Part shown: positions 52,446-64,000 of the stretch, piece by piece
Layout: each line of letters opens with the position of its first letter
How positions within the stretch are numbered: the first letter of the stretch is position 1
Origin: Torpedo marmorata
Lineage: Eukaryota
Length of the DNA stretch: 64,000 bases
NCBI GenBank assembly: GCA_977017645.1
Contig: OZ360249.1
Span: 31,682,001-31,746,000, forward strand
Reading direction: 5' to 3'
Program-made: the position numbers and the translations under genes
The notes under the pieces: model-generated
Databases searched by the model: none
What the model saw: the letters and a program-made list of their open reading frames with translations, nothing else
Told to the model about the DNA's origin: nothing

Positions 52446-52548
52446 ACTTGAGATTGTCTTTGACAAACATGGATTGTGAACTGCTTTGTAGTCTGTCTGG
52501 GCTGACTGACCAGGAGTGCCATAATTGGACTTTTTATTTTAGAAGAAG
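52446..52548 (+). other. Candidate small exon of the + strand gene
   Basis: Strong polypyrimidine tract followed by AG, donor AAG|GTAAAG, AAACATGG start giving MDCELLCSLSGLTDQECHNWTFYFRR; no homology recognised. Confidence 0.3.
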
Positions 52549-55013
52549 GTAAAGAATATGCATTGATTTTACGTGTTTCTGTGCATATCTGATTATACAT
52601 TTTGATAGAAATTTAATTTTTGCAATTTTTTTTAAAAAACATTGCACATATGGGAGATTGTTTGCACATTTTCTCTAACTTCTATGGACTGCCATAAGTG
52701 TAGGAAGACCAGGGAACCAGGGTTGTGGCCTCTCTAAACCAATTACCCCCAAAATTTAGGGATCAAATAGCCATTTTGAAATTCAAATATATTTTGGCTT
52801 CTTCCAAAGGGGAAAGAGTGCATTGTGTTTTTTTTTTAAAACATCATCTCAGCAAATGTTTAGATTTGCTAATCACTTGTAGCTTTAAAAAAAAAAAGCT
52901 TTTTTTAATGGATTATAATGTTGTGGAGCACAATATTACAATTTTAATGTTGTTTTGCCACCATTGGCATTTTGCCTTTATTTTGTTTTCAGTAAGAGTT
53001 TAACCATCAATCTGCAAGAATTCTGGTGCTTGAAATTCTACTTCATTAGGATTGTCAGAAAAATTACCTTGCGATTGAAGATTTTTATTCATACAAGCTC
53101 TTTCCAATGGCTTGTGATAAGTTGTGTCTGTGTGTTGACTTTTCTTAATGGCTTTGCAATATCCATTGCAACAATGGGTCAGGGGAAAGTCTGAAAATGA
53201 GCTCCTAAAATAACATTGAAGAAACTGTTAGTGAGTAAGGACTTGCATTTATTGAAGGTGCACATGAAGTTTTCAATACTGTCTCTGCTACGGGGAAAAT
53301 AGCAATTATCCAGTTTAATGGAAAAAAACGTATTGGGGAAAGGATGAACCAACACTACGATTTACTAGACAAATGATGAGTACAATAATGAAAAGACATA
53401 GTTGGAAAAAACCGAAACAGATTAGTTTTATGAATCTACTGGCTGAATATGTGGACTTCATCAGCCATCTTTACGCAAATTGATGCTTTAAAGTCTGTCT
53501 GCCAATTCTAACGATTTACATCAACACTAGTGATCAATGTAGCTTTCTGTATGATGTTGACTTCTTAGGCTTGGTTGAGTCTTATCTGGTGGTGGAAATG
53601 AATTATACACCTATTTTATCTTAGTAATAGAAGTGCAAAGTGAAGGAGGATTTTACTTCCTCATTTTCAGACTGTAAAACATGGATTGCATCTCGAGGTA
53701 GCCAGATTTGCATCAAAGAACAATGGGTTTGCATTGTAGAATATGACAAGTTCATTTTTGCATTGACAGAAACGAAGTGAAAAAACTTGCCCAAAATCTT
53801 GTATATTTAGCAAATTCATTTCCTTTACTTCTTTCCTTTAAAAATAAAACCACAGTGTTGGAAATTGTCAGTTCCTTTGTAGGATAGATCAATCAATCCT
53901 GAAGACCAATAATATTCTCAATGGAAGGTTGGAAGCTATTTGGCCATGTATTGAGGAATTGAATCGAGACTGTCCTTGACTTTTTTTTCATCTGTTAATG
54001 GATATAAAATAATAGGAATGCACCTGTGATTTTTTTTGGGGGATTATTTATAGTTGGCAGATGAGTCTCCCTGTCTTGATGGTGAGCTTGAAAGTTTGGT
54101 TTCAGTTCTCTATGCTTTGTGCATGAGACTGCTCCAAGTCAGAGATTCTTCGGTTAATTAATATTTTCCAAAAACAAATTTTTGAGCTAAGTTGTGTGCT
54201 TTGTGCATCAACTGGTGAAAGAGATGTGCCTTTCTTCTAGTCGATCAATTGCCACATTGAGAGCATCCTGCAGTGTCAGAAGAGCAGATAGAACATTGAA
54301 TCAAAGTTTTGTCTGCCCTTTCAGACAGTCGTATGAATTTTGCAAAACAAATACATTTGCATGGTAAGATGTCATGTCTATTCCATTTAAATGTGAAAGC
54401 TAATGATTTTATCTGTCAGCGTTTGTATGTTTGAACTGAATATTATTCAGGCAGTGACCAAGATTTAACATGACAGCCAGTTTATAACTAGACATTTTAC
54501 TGAAATTTAATGTTCATTAATTCAGTCATCTGAATAATTTAGGAATGTGTATTTTTTTAAAAATATAACTGTTGTATCTCATAACTGATCTCAATTTATG
54601 CTCTAATTTAAAAAAAAACTTAGCTCCCTCCATTCTAACGTGAACATCAATGTATTCATATTCTTCTTTTTGCGACCACATGATTTGAAGATCTTTGCTT
54701 CTGTCAATCCTTGACAATTTTAGCATTCTCAATTGCTTAATGAGTTTGCAGCCAGAGTATTACATAGAATGATTCAAAAATGTTGCTCCTAAAACTGAAC
54801 AAGTGAAATAGGATTAAGTCAGTGATAACACTACTTACCACAGATTCACATGCAGAGCATAACCAGGATTAATCTCTCTACGCAGAGGTTGGATTGTATA
54901 TTCACTTCATTTGAAAGGTTACGTGTTCAAATCATAGTCTACTTCAGAGCAGAAACCCCAGGCTAACAGTTCAGTTCTGTGCTACGGGTATGTTATTAAG
55001 GGTAAGGGTAGTT

Positions 55014-55272
55014 GGGCGGCACGGTTAGCGTAGCAGTTAGGGCAATGCTGTTACAGCACCAGCGACGGGGGCAGGAGTTAGAATCCGGTGCTGTCTGTAA
55101 GGAGTTTGTACGTTCTCCCCGTGTCTGCGTGGGTTTCCTTTGGGCGCTCCGGTTTCTTCCCACCGTTCAAAACGTACCGGGGGTTGTAGGCCAATTGGGT
55201 GTAATTGGGCGGCACAGGCTTGTGGGCCGAAAGGGCCTGTTACCGTGCTGAATGTCTAAATTTTATTTTAAA
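55014..55272 (+). mobile_element. HE1-like V-SINE
   Basis: Family match. Confidence 0.88.
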
Positions 55273-55613
55273 ATGTATGTTGCTGGCAGTGGGAACCTCA
55301 AGAAGAGAAAATGGATTGGTCAGTTATATTTGTGATATCCTGCTGTTTTCAAATTGGCACCTGCCTTTGCCTTTTTAAAAATTTAATTCAGTTAATTTAT
55401 TTTTGAGTGCTTTGATGATCTCCGTAGAAAATGGATACATAAATACACATTAAGCTTTTTCCTATTCCTAAATATTTAAAAATACTAACCCAGAAATACA
55501 TCACTTGGTGCTGTTTATTTTGGTTCTTCTTGACTGACAATTTCCTTTGTTGTACGGAGAAGCACAATAATAACTGTTTTTTGTCATGGCATAAATTTGA
55601 CTGAGCAATTCCT

Positions 55614-55994
55614 ATAATAAAAACACACAGTAAATGCTGGAGGATCTCAGCCGGTCTCGCAGCATCCATAGGAGGTAAAGATGTATTACCGACGTTTCGG
55701 GCCTGAGCCCTTCTTTAAGGTATAAACAAAAAGCAGGTTAGCGTCTCAATAAAGACTGGGAGAGAACGGGAGAAGAATGGGAGGGGGAGGAGTCCAGACC
55801 AACAAACAAAAGGTGTTAATTGGATATAAGAGGAAAGATGAGAATTGATTTTTGGCTCTGTGAAAGGAGACAGAGGGAAAAGAGAAGAGAGAGACAGAAC
55901 TAGAGGAAAGGAGACAGGGGGAACGAAGATGGGGGGTGGTTTAACGGAAGTCGATGTTAATGCCATCCGGTTGGAGGGAGTTCTCCTCCCACCA
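55614..55994 (-). mobile_element. Penelope-like 3' fragment, second subfamily
   Basis: TSD AGCAATTCCT at 55604-55613 and 55995-56004; hammerhead motif at about 55685-55725. Confidence 0.8.
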
Positions 55995-56439
55995 AGCAAT
56001 TCCTCTGCACAGTTACACTTGAATTGGAGGTGCATTGAATTTTGCTGTTCCCCCGCTGTGTTCCTTTTGGATTGTTTGGAATGAGGAGTGCAGAGAAATT
56101 AGACTATATTGTCCCAGGAGTATCTGTCTGGTGGTGGCATCGCTGGGACAATGAGATCAGAGTGATACATTGCTGAACTGGGACTCCCAACAAAATAAAC
56201 GCTATCCTTGCCTTTCATTCCCCAGCCCCCCACACCCATCAGTACAAATCCTCTCTGATTCTGTACCTCCAGCCCCCTCTGATTTTCCCCAAGTCCCATC
56301 AACAAAATTTTTCCCACTTTTGTTTCTCTGTGTTCAAAATGCTTTTTTAAAAAAAAAAATCAAATGCAAGGTGAGAACTGCATCAAAACTTGAGCAAGTG
56401 TTGGATTTTACCAGAATTACACCTGTATAATTGCAACAA

Positions 56440-56855
56440 ACAAGAGACTGAGTCAAGCATCAGACCCTTCAAGTATGTCCCACCATTTAACATGATCAAA
56501 ACTGATCTATGCTGGCCCCGAATTCTTTTCTGTGCCATATCTCTGTATGTGTCTGTTCCTCAATATATCAACTATTCTCCACTTCCACTTCAAATACATC
56601 TAATAATCCAGTTTCCACCACTTGCTGGGTTTGAGAATTCCAGAGATTCCCTACCCCCTACAAGCAGAAATGTTTTTATGCCTCTGTTTTAAATGACTGA
56701 CCACCTGTAGCTATATCCTTTTTTTTGACACTCTCCCATTAGAGAAAACATCCCAATTAAGCACCCTCAAGGTCTTGCATGTTTGAATAAGGTCACTCTT
56801 CATTCTTCCAAAATCCAATGTCTACAGCCCTGAACTATTTAGACCCTCTTGGAAT
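56440..56855 (-). mobile_element. Old CR1 3' remnant
   Basis: GAGAATTCCAGAGATTC, TTTTAAATGACTGACC and TAAGGTCACTCTTCATTCTTC resemble antisense CR1 3' ends. Confidence 0.55.
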
Positions 56856-56946
56856 GACAACTTCAGTTTCTATTTATCATTACCCTTTCCTATTTACAGT
56901 CATCTTTAAAAATACAAGGCAACATCAATGACCATGGAAGCCTTTT

Positions 56947-57838
56947 TCAGAATCAGAATTTATTGTCATGAACAAGTCATGAAATTCGGTGTTTTTCAGC
57001 AGCGTCATAGTGCAAACATTCATATTATAACCATCTTACGACATTACTATAAAAATATATATAAATAATAGTGCATGAAAAGTAAGGCAGTGTCTGGTTC
57101 ATTGATTATTCAGGAATCTGATGGCAGCAGGGAAGAAGCTGTCCTTGTGCCGTTGAGTGCTCGACTTTAGGCTCCTGTACCTTTTTCCCAATGGTAGCAG
57201 AGTGAAGAGGGCATGGCCTGGGTGGTGGGGGTCTTTGAGGACAGATGCTGCTTTTTTAAGACACCGTCTCGTGTAGATGTCCTCGATGGAGTGAGGTCTG
57301 GTGCCTGTGATGTCACAGGCCGAGTTAACAAGCCTCTGGAGTTTATTCTTGTCCTGATAGTTGGCGCCTCTATACCAGGCAGTGATGCAACCAGCCAGAT
57401 TGCTCTCCATGGTACACCTGTAGAAGTTTACGAGAGTCTTCGGTGACATACCGAATTTCCTCAGACACCTCACAAAGTATAGCCGCTGGCAAGACTTCTT
57501 TGTGATTGCATCAACGTGGAGGCTCCAGGACAGATCCTCGGAGATGTTGACACCCTGGAATTTGAAGTTCTTTACCCTCTCCACTACTGAGCCCTCGATG
57601 AGGACTGGGTCGTGTTCCCCTGACTTCCTCCTAAAGTCCACAATCATCTCCTTGGTTTTGCTGATGTTGAGCAAAAGGTTGTTGTCGTTACACCATTCAA
57701 TGAGCTGATTTATTTCCCTCCTGTACGCTTCCTCATTGCCATTTGTGATTCTGCCGACAACTGTGGTGTCATCGGCAAACTTGTAGATGGCATTGGAATT
57801 GTGCCTAACCACACAGTCATGGTTGTATAACGAGTAGA
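56947..57838 (-). mobile_element. Rex1/Babar LINE, 5'-truncated
   Basis: ORF 57099-57812 is nearly identical to 522-1268; same (ATTCTG)n tail. Confidence 0.9.
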
Positions 57839-58594
57839 GATCTTAGGCCTACAGACTGACATAAATTGGACAACCCCACAAAGAAAGAGAGCAGAATGCA
57901 AATGGATTGAATTACTACAGACCAACGCACCTAATGGATTAAATGAAGAATAGTCAGATCTGCCTAGGGTCTAGAAATAGCAGGAAGTTAGCCATAGGAC
58001 CACGCACAGTACATCCCACTCTGAAGGGATTTAAAACCAAACCACCCAACTAACTAGGAATAACTAACAGAGCGGACAAATTAAGGGACCATCCAACACC
58101 CCCACCAAACCATCTCCAGCCACCAACACACAGGTACGGGTACCACACTCCATCTAGCTCCCACCCGAAATATACGCCCACAGGGGACAACATCCAACAC
58201 CAGGGTACAAACTACACAACACCGCCATCACCAGAAGAGGGAACTCCCCCAGACTCTCACTATTCACAGAGATCCGGTCCCAGAAACATAACCCAGCCCA
58301 AAATGAAGGGATACACATCCAGCACTCCAAACACTAACCATCCTAACCACAACCCTACCCTAAACACCTCCCACCCCACCCTAAACCTGATCCCACCCCA
58401 ACCAATACCCAACGCAGTCTAACATGGCCCCCACCCCAAATACTAACCCACCTAATGGCACAAGGACGAAATGAAGTGCGCTCCGGGGAGAGGCAGTCGA
58501 GTGGCCTTTTGTTTCGTGCAAGGGTCAAGAGATGCCAAGGACCCCCTCACCAGGGGTGAACAAGGAGATGACACTATCTGAGACATTCGGTAGT

Positions 58595-58850
58595 CCAAAC
58601 CTAACCCTAACCAAAAAACCCCCAACTAACCCAACCCTGAACTCCCAAACTAACCCTAAACTGAACCCCCCAACTAACCCTCACTTGAACCCCCCCAAGT
58701 AACCCTAACGTGAACCCCCAACTAACCCTAACCTGAAGCCCCAAACCAAACCTAACCTCAATCACAACCCATAGCCCAACCCCAACCCAAAACCTAAACC
58801 CCCCAACTAACCCAAACGTGAACTCCCCAACCAACCCCAACCTCAACCCC
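58595..58850. repeat. Degenerate telomere-like minisatellite (about 23-24 nt unit CTGAACCCCCCAACTAACCCTAA)
   Basis: Repeated TAACCC/CCCTAA hexamers in a higher-order repeat. Confidence 0.75.
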
Positions 58851-59466
58851 TTTAAGATCCATTTAAGATGGAAGTAAAACTTTCATCTTTGTTCTTCATT
58901 AAATTTATTGCATCAAATTAAATAATTCTTTCCCAGCTTGGATAAATCCTAAAACTAGGCATTTTACATTTTAAGAATTTTATTTAAAATCAAGAAAGGA
59001 TTGGAATGGGACCTCGATGGGAAACATTTGAGATTTGAGTAAATAAAGGGTGTACATTGGAGGTCTATATCAAGTCGTTACTTAATTCAGCAATGATTAT
59101 TTTGAATTTCTTGGAAGTTCAGGCACTTTACTGCATTGTTTATGTTACTTTATGTTAAACTTTATTTATATTTCAGGATCTGGGCAAAGGAAAGTAGCAT
59201 TTATTGCTCATACTTACTTGCCTTTAGAATTGAGAGGCTTGCTAGGCCATTTCAGGGTATATTTGAAAGTCATTTGTACTGGTGGGTCTGAGGTTTCATG
59301 CAGACCAGATAAGGGAAAGATGGTAAATTTTCCAAGAAGGTTTTTGTGACAATCCAGTAATTTTGATTCATCATTGCCACTGAGTAGTTTTTTTTTTTTT
59401 AATTCCATGTCCGATGAAGGATTTGAACTCCTGATCATTTGGTGTTAGTCCAGGCTTCTGAACTGA

Positions 59467-59668
59467 ATTTTTCTCATACTTTGATGAAGGGCTCAAGCCC
59501 GAAACGTCGGTTATGTATTTTTCTCATACTTTGATGAAGGGCTCAAGCCCGAAACGTCGGTTATGTATTTCTACCTTTGCTACATAAAAGACACTGTTTG
59601 ACCTGCTGAGTTTCTCCAGCTTTTGTGTTTTTTACTTCAACCACGGTGTCTACAGATTTTCATGTTTA
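59467..59668 (+). mobile_element. Penelope mini-element with two tandem hammerhead motifs
   Basis: Perfect 50-nt tandem repeat at about 59467-59570; 12-bp TSD CTTCTGAACTGA at 59455-59466 and 59669-59680. Confidence 0.88.
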
Positions 59669-59840
59669 CTTCTGAACTGAGAGTCCAGTAACTTTAAACA
59701 CTGTGTGGCAGCCATGTTTTTGCATTGACTTTGCCTGATTAAGAGATAAAGCACACTTAATGACATTTAAATTGTGGATGTGAGTGCTTTATTGTACTGG
59801 TGGTTCTGTAGGAAATAGCTGCCTATTCTTGCTCACCGTT

Positions 59841-59993
59841 GATGAAGGTTACCTTGATGAAGGGCTCAAGCCCGACACGTTGGTTATGTACCTTTATCTT
59901 TGCTACATAATGTACACTGTTTGACCTGCTGAGTTTCTCCAGCATTGCATTTTAACTTCAATCACGGTGTCTGCTGACCTTCGTGTTTTACTT
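59841..59993 (+). mobile_element. Penelope hammerhead mini-element
   Basis: 18-bp TSD CTATTCTTGCTCACCGTT at 59823-59840 and 59994-60011; core GAAA is mutated to GACA. Confidence 0.85.
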
Positions 59994-60692
59994 CTATTCT
60001 TGCTCACCGTTCAGTGCACCTCTGACTTCTTCACCCGCACCTTGAGACACAAGCCAGAGGTGAGCTGGAGGTTGGATACCTGTATATCCAACCTCATGGT
60101 CTGTCACTGGGTGCCCTTAGCTGTGGCACACTGATTCAGTGAGCTTATAGGCCTGATGTGCTTGTGTATTTGCCCTGTCAGATTTCTCTGCCTCATCTGA
60201 GTAGCACGGCCCATTCATTTAATGAATTTGCTGGCTAATTGTGCTGAATAAAATGGCAACCGTACGTAAATGATTCACTTATTTTTCTTCATTTACTCAG
60301 TTCCAATTAATTTCTGAGACTTTAAGGTGCTTATTTTTTAAAAATTAACTTTGTTGGTTAATTGACTATTTGAATTGATTAGTGAAATTTAAAAAAAAAA
60401 TACTTCAAAAGCCTGAGCTATTTGTCACCAAGCCAATAAAGCATTCTAGGTATTTTGGGACACCCCAACTAAGACCCAATCACCATTTTGCAGGGAGCCT
60501 GTTCGTGTAGTTGTTCTTCCATAACCAGATCAACTTAATGCAGATGATGGGCAATGTGGATGGCAAACTAGGGTAGTGGGCCAGATCCAATACAGATGTT
60601 CCCACCTTCTCAAATCTGGCCTATTTTCCCATTTCAATTGTGGCAGCTTTTGTCCTGTCATGCTCATCTTGCTGAATGAAAGTCTTGATAAC

Positions 60693-60955
60693 ATTGCGTA
60701 GGGTTAGCACAATGCTGTAACAGCGCAATGCTGTTTCAGCGCCAGTGACCAGGGTTCGAATTCGGCGCTGTCTGTAAGGAGTTTGTACGTTCTCCCTGTG
60801 TCTGCATGGGTTTCCTCCGGGTGCTCCAGTTCCCTTTCACCTTTCAAAACGTACCGGGTTGTAGATTAATTGGATGTATTTGGGTGGCACGGGCTCGTGG
60901 GCCGAAAGGGCCTGTTACCATGCTGTATGTCTAAATTTAAAGTTTAAATTTAAAT
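60693..60955 (+). mobile_element. HE1-like V-SINE with small head duplication
   Basis: Family match; GCAATGCTGT-like segment duplicated in the head. Confidence 0.85.
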
Positions 60956-61563
60956 ATTGCAGAGGGAATGAGATATTTTAAAACTTGTCTAAGAAAAATT
61001 TTTGAGTAAAAACGTCGTTTGTTTTCATCAGTATTTCGTGCAAAGTCTAAACCACAAATCTTGGTTCGCCAGAATACAAGGATATTGAATATTTATAAAA
61101 AGATTAATTATCTTAAAAACAATAATAAGTATAAACGAGGAAGAGAGGAACTTCTGCTTTGTTGAAGTGTGATGTCTAGTTTTCCCTCTTGCTGTAATGC
61201 ATTGCGTGATGTTTAATTGGTGAGCAAATCACTTGGTACGGTGCTTTTGCCAATCTTTTCTCTCCTGCTCCACAAACCCCTAATTTCCATAATACATTAA
61301 TACTGTCTGCCTTTGGGGTAGGCTTGTTTGGCATCTTGGTATTTCGCCATGGGAGAAAATCAGAGGCTGCAAGCAGAATGTATGTGTGATTGTATGTGAA
61401 GCTAATGCATTGTTCTCCTTGTGTTGTTACTGTGATAGGGGCACAAATATAGAGGTGTTGCATAAGAACAATCTTGGATAACTACATTCCTTTACGCTCT
61501 TCCCTTTCCATACTTTTTTTTTCTCCTCCCTTCCCCAAGGAAAATTAACTGGTCTGTGAGAAT

Positions 61564-61571
<8 letters not shown>

Positions 61572-61603
<32 letters not shown>
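61572..61603. repeat. Poly-A run
   Basis: About 32 consecutive A. Confidence 0.9.
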
Positions 61604-61605
<2 letters not shown>

Positions 61606-62439
61606 AAATGGGGTCCATAAGATTTTATGATGTGCATTGAACAATGGCTGCACTCTGTTACACAGGGGTCAGCAGTCACCAAAAATATGAAGAAATTAAC
61701 CTAATTCCATTTAGATACAAATCAAAGGAATAATCGATTTGGACAATTTAAATGGAATGGAAAAGAAAGTATTACATCATATCAATTATAGGCATGGAAC
61801 AACACAGTACATGAACAGGTCCTTCAGCTCATGACGTCTCCGCTAAATGCAATGAAAAGAATTGTAAGAAGTTGCAAATGTGTCACGTCGTCATAATATA
61901 AATATGAAACCTGCTGCCCCTCAAGTATTCTTGCATGCAAATTAATTTTGATGTGTGTAGTTCTCGCACTATGGGAATGGTAATAATGTGTTCAGATTTG
62001 TATTAAAACACCTTCCTGCATTGACTTGCTGCTGATTGAATTTATTAGTGCTATGCTCGTGCTGGCAGAAGTGTGGAACAAATTAAGATTGGTATGAATA
62101 TAGAGAAAAAGGTCTGAACAAAGCTACACCTGTTATTTGAGCTTGTGACATGACGGCTGAGCTGGAAACGAACAACAGATGGCTTGAGCTGCATTGATGC
62201 TCATGTAAAACAAAGGAATATTGAGTGTGTTCAGCAATAATTGATCACATATTTTACCCATTTAAAAATAATAACTGAATATTTCTCATGCCTCCAAAGA
62301 CTGGCTTTCTCACTCTTTCAAGGCTTCAGAGTTAAAATCCTTGAATTCCTTTTCAAAGAATATCTTGGGAGTGTTTTCTCCACACAGACTGTTGTAGTTT
62401 CACTGCCATTATCTCAAGGTAAAGTCAGCATGTACCAAC

Positions 62440-62650
62440 AGGGCAGCACCTGGGACGTGGGTTCGAATCCGGCGCTGTCTGTAAGGAGTTTGTTCGTTCT
62501 CCCCGTGGCAGTGTGGGTTTTCTCCGGGTGTTCTGGTTTCCTCCCACCCTCCAAAAATGTACGGGGTTTGTAGGTCCATTGGTGTATTTGGGCGGCACGG
62601 GCTTGTGGACCAGAAGGGCCTGTATGTCTAAATTTAAAAAATTTTTAAAA
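62440..62650 (+). mobile_element. HE1-like V-SINE, head partly deleted
   Basis: B box GGTTCGAATCC, V-domain and tail. Confidence 0.82.
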
Positions 62651-62816
62651 AACAAAAAAAACCAGCCTTGCTGTGCTAGATTTGAACGTTAGAACAAAAG
62701 GAATTCAATTTTCGATTTCAATTCAATCTATGTTCATTAAAACATTAAAATGACCTTCTCCATGACATTTGCATCATTCGGAACATCTGATTGGGTGTCT
62801 CCTGTTGTAATTCACT

Positions 62817-62972
62817 AAACAAGAAAGTTTGCAGATACTGGGGTCGTGCAATACACAAGTGCTGGAGAAACTCAGCAGGGCACGCAGCATCCATAGAAAG
62901 TAAAGGGTGACCAACGTTTCAAGCCTGAGCCCTTCGACAAGATAGAAACTGCTGAGTTTCTCCAGCACTTTG
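62817..62972 (-). mobile_element. Penelope hammerhead mini-element with inverted arm
   Basis: 14-bp TSD TGTTGTAATTCACT at 62803-62816 and 62973-62986; arms AAGTGCTGGAGAAACTCAGCAG / CTGCTGAGTTTCTCCAGCACTT. Confidence 0.8.
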
Positions 62973-64000
62973 TGTTGTAATTCACTCTTGTTACCTGGAT
63001 ATGCATATTGCTTGTGATAACCTATTTTAGGAACTTGGGCATTGGTCATTGTCCAGAACAATGGGGTCCTGGATCCTTGCACACCCCTGCCACCACTCCC
63101 TTCAATTTAAAAGTACCCAACCCAAGACTCTCCCTTCCTCCCTCCCATAATCTCCAGACATGCTCTTGATTATATCTGCTTTCTCCACCCCTATTTTTGC
63201 CCTGCCCTTGTGATTTCCCAACCCCTGGCCCCCAAATGTTTTAAATCCAACTGTTGGTAATTGATTGCCTGCCATCCCATGTGCTTCCACACTTCAACCC
63301 TCTCCACTCCTCTCCATCTACAGAGCAAAGGTTAGTATTGGAATTTGTCCTCCTATCAGCCCCTAATCTCCTCCTCCTGTAGCACCTCTCCACCCTTGGC
63401 TTTACCCGCCCACTGTGGTCACAGTCCCAATTCGACCCATGTTCCACCTTCCATGTGAGTTTTGGAAGAGACGTTTGGCTGTGAAAATGAGCAAAACCTT
63501 AATCAGAACTGAAGTTAACTGAAGCAACAGGTTTACATTGGAACAGTTGGCCCAGTTCAACTCAAGCATTCCAGAGCATGTTTTGAAGAGCACTATAATT
63601 TCTAGGCTGTATTGTTTTAAAGGGAAATGAAAATAATTGCCATTGGAAAAAAATGCCACCTTGCATGTTAATTTTCTGGTGAAATTGAGAAAATGGGTCA
63701 TTTTGAGTGCTGTTGGGTTGGAATTTGATTCTGAACCATGAAAGATTGCTGTATGGGTATTCTTGAAAACCTACATTATTTATGAACATACAGTTGGTAT
63801 GAAATTATTTTTGCATTTGCACACACTCAAATTTCTGAACAGTGTTCTTTTGTTTTGCATCACCGTTAGTGCAGCTTAAGCCATAGGCTGACACCTCCAG
63901 CTAAGTCATCAAGCTACAAGTTCAATTAGCAGGTGTAGAAAAGTATATTTCTTTCCAAATCTGTTAATGCTCTCCACACCTGCCAGCACAAGCAAAGCAC

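Noticed and set aside
58607-58846. Gly/Val-rich 79-aa ORF
   Set aside because: It is a translation of the telomere-like repeat.
59467-59570. Direct repeats with a hairpin, superficially CRISPR-like
   Set aside because: Two head-to-tail units with no spacers, identical to the Penelope 3' end, in eukaryotic DNA with no cas genes.
1971-62650. SINEs are mostly minus strand upstream and plus strand downstream of the promoter
   Set aside because: Only about 12 copies, with exceptions on both sides; too few to support a claim.

Overview
Eukaryotic, AT-rich, transposon-dense genomic DNA, most likely from a cartilaginous fish. That assignment is inferred from about 12 HE1-like tRNA-derived V-SINEs, shark-type CR1 and Rex1/Babar LINEs and DeuSINE remnants. 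I recognise no intact host protein-coding gene. A CpG-island promoter with CCAAT, PBX/PREP-decamer and CRE motifs lies at about 27.1-27.7 kb, followed by splice donors and what looks like a long + strand intronic region with a few candidate small exons. Every long ORF is a transposon fragment: Rex1 RT, Penelope RT and GIY-YIG endonuclease, CR1 RT, L1 ORF2 C-terminus, or Gypsy gag. Main observations: (1) all three TSD-bounded L1 insertions sit inside Gypsy-type LTRs, which make up only about 3% of the window; (2) Penelope 3' ends carry a minimal hammerhead-ribozyme motif that also occurs as many 100-200 bp TSD-flanked mini-insertions, including a perfect 50-nt tandem hammerhead dimer at 59467-59668; (3) a composite hAT MITE, an old inverted duplication and a telomere-like minisatellite are also present. 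Coordinates were read by eye and may be off by a few bases.
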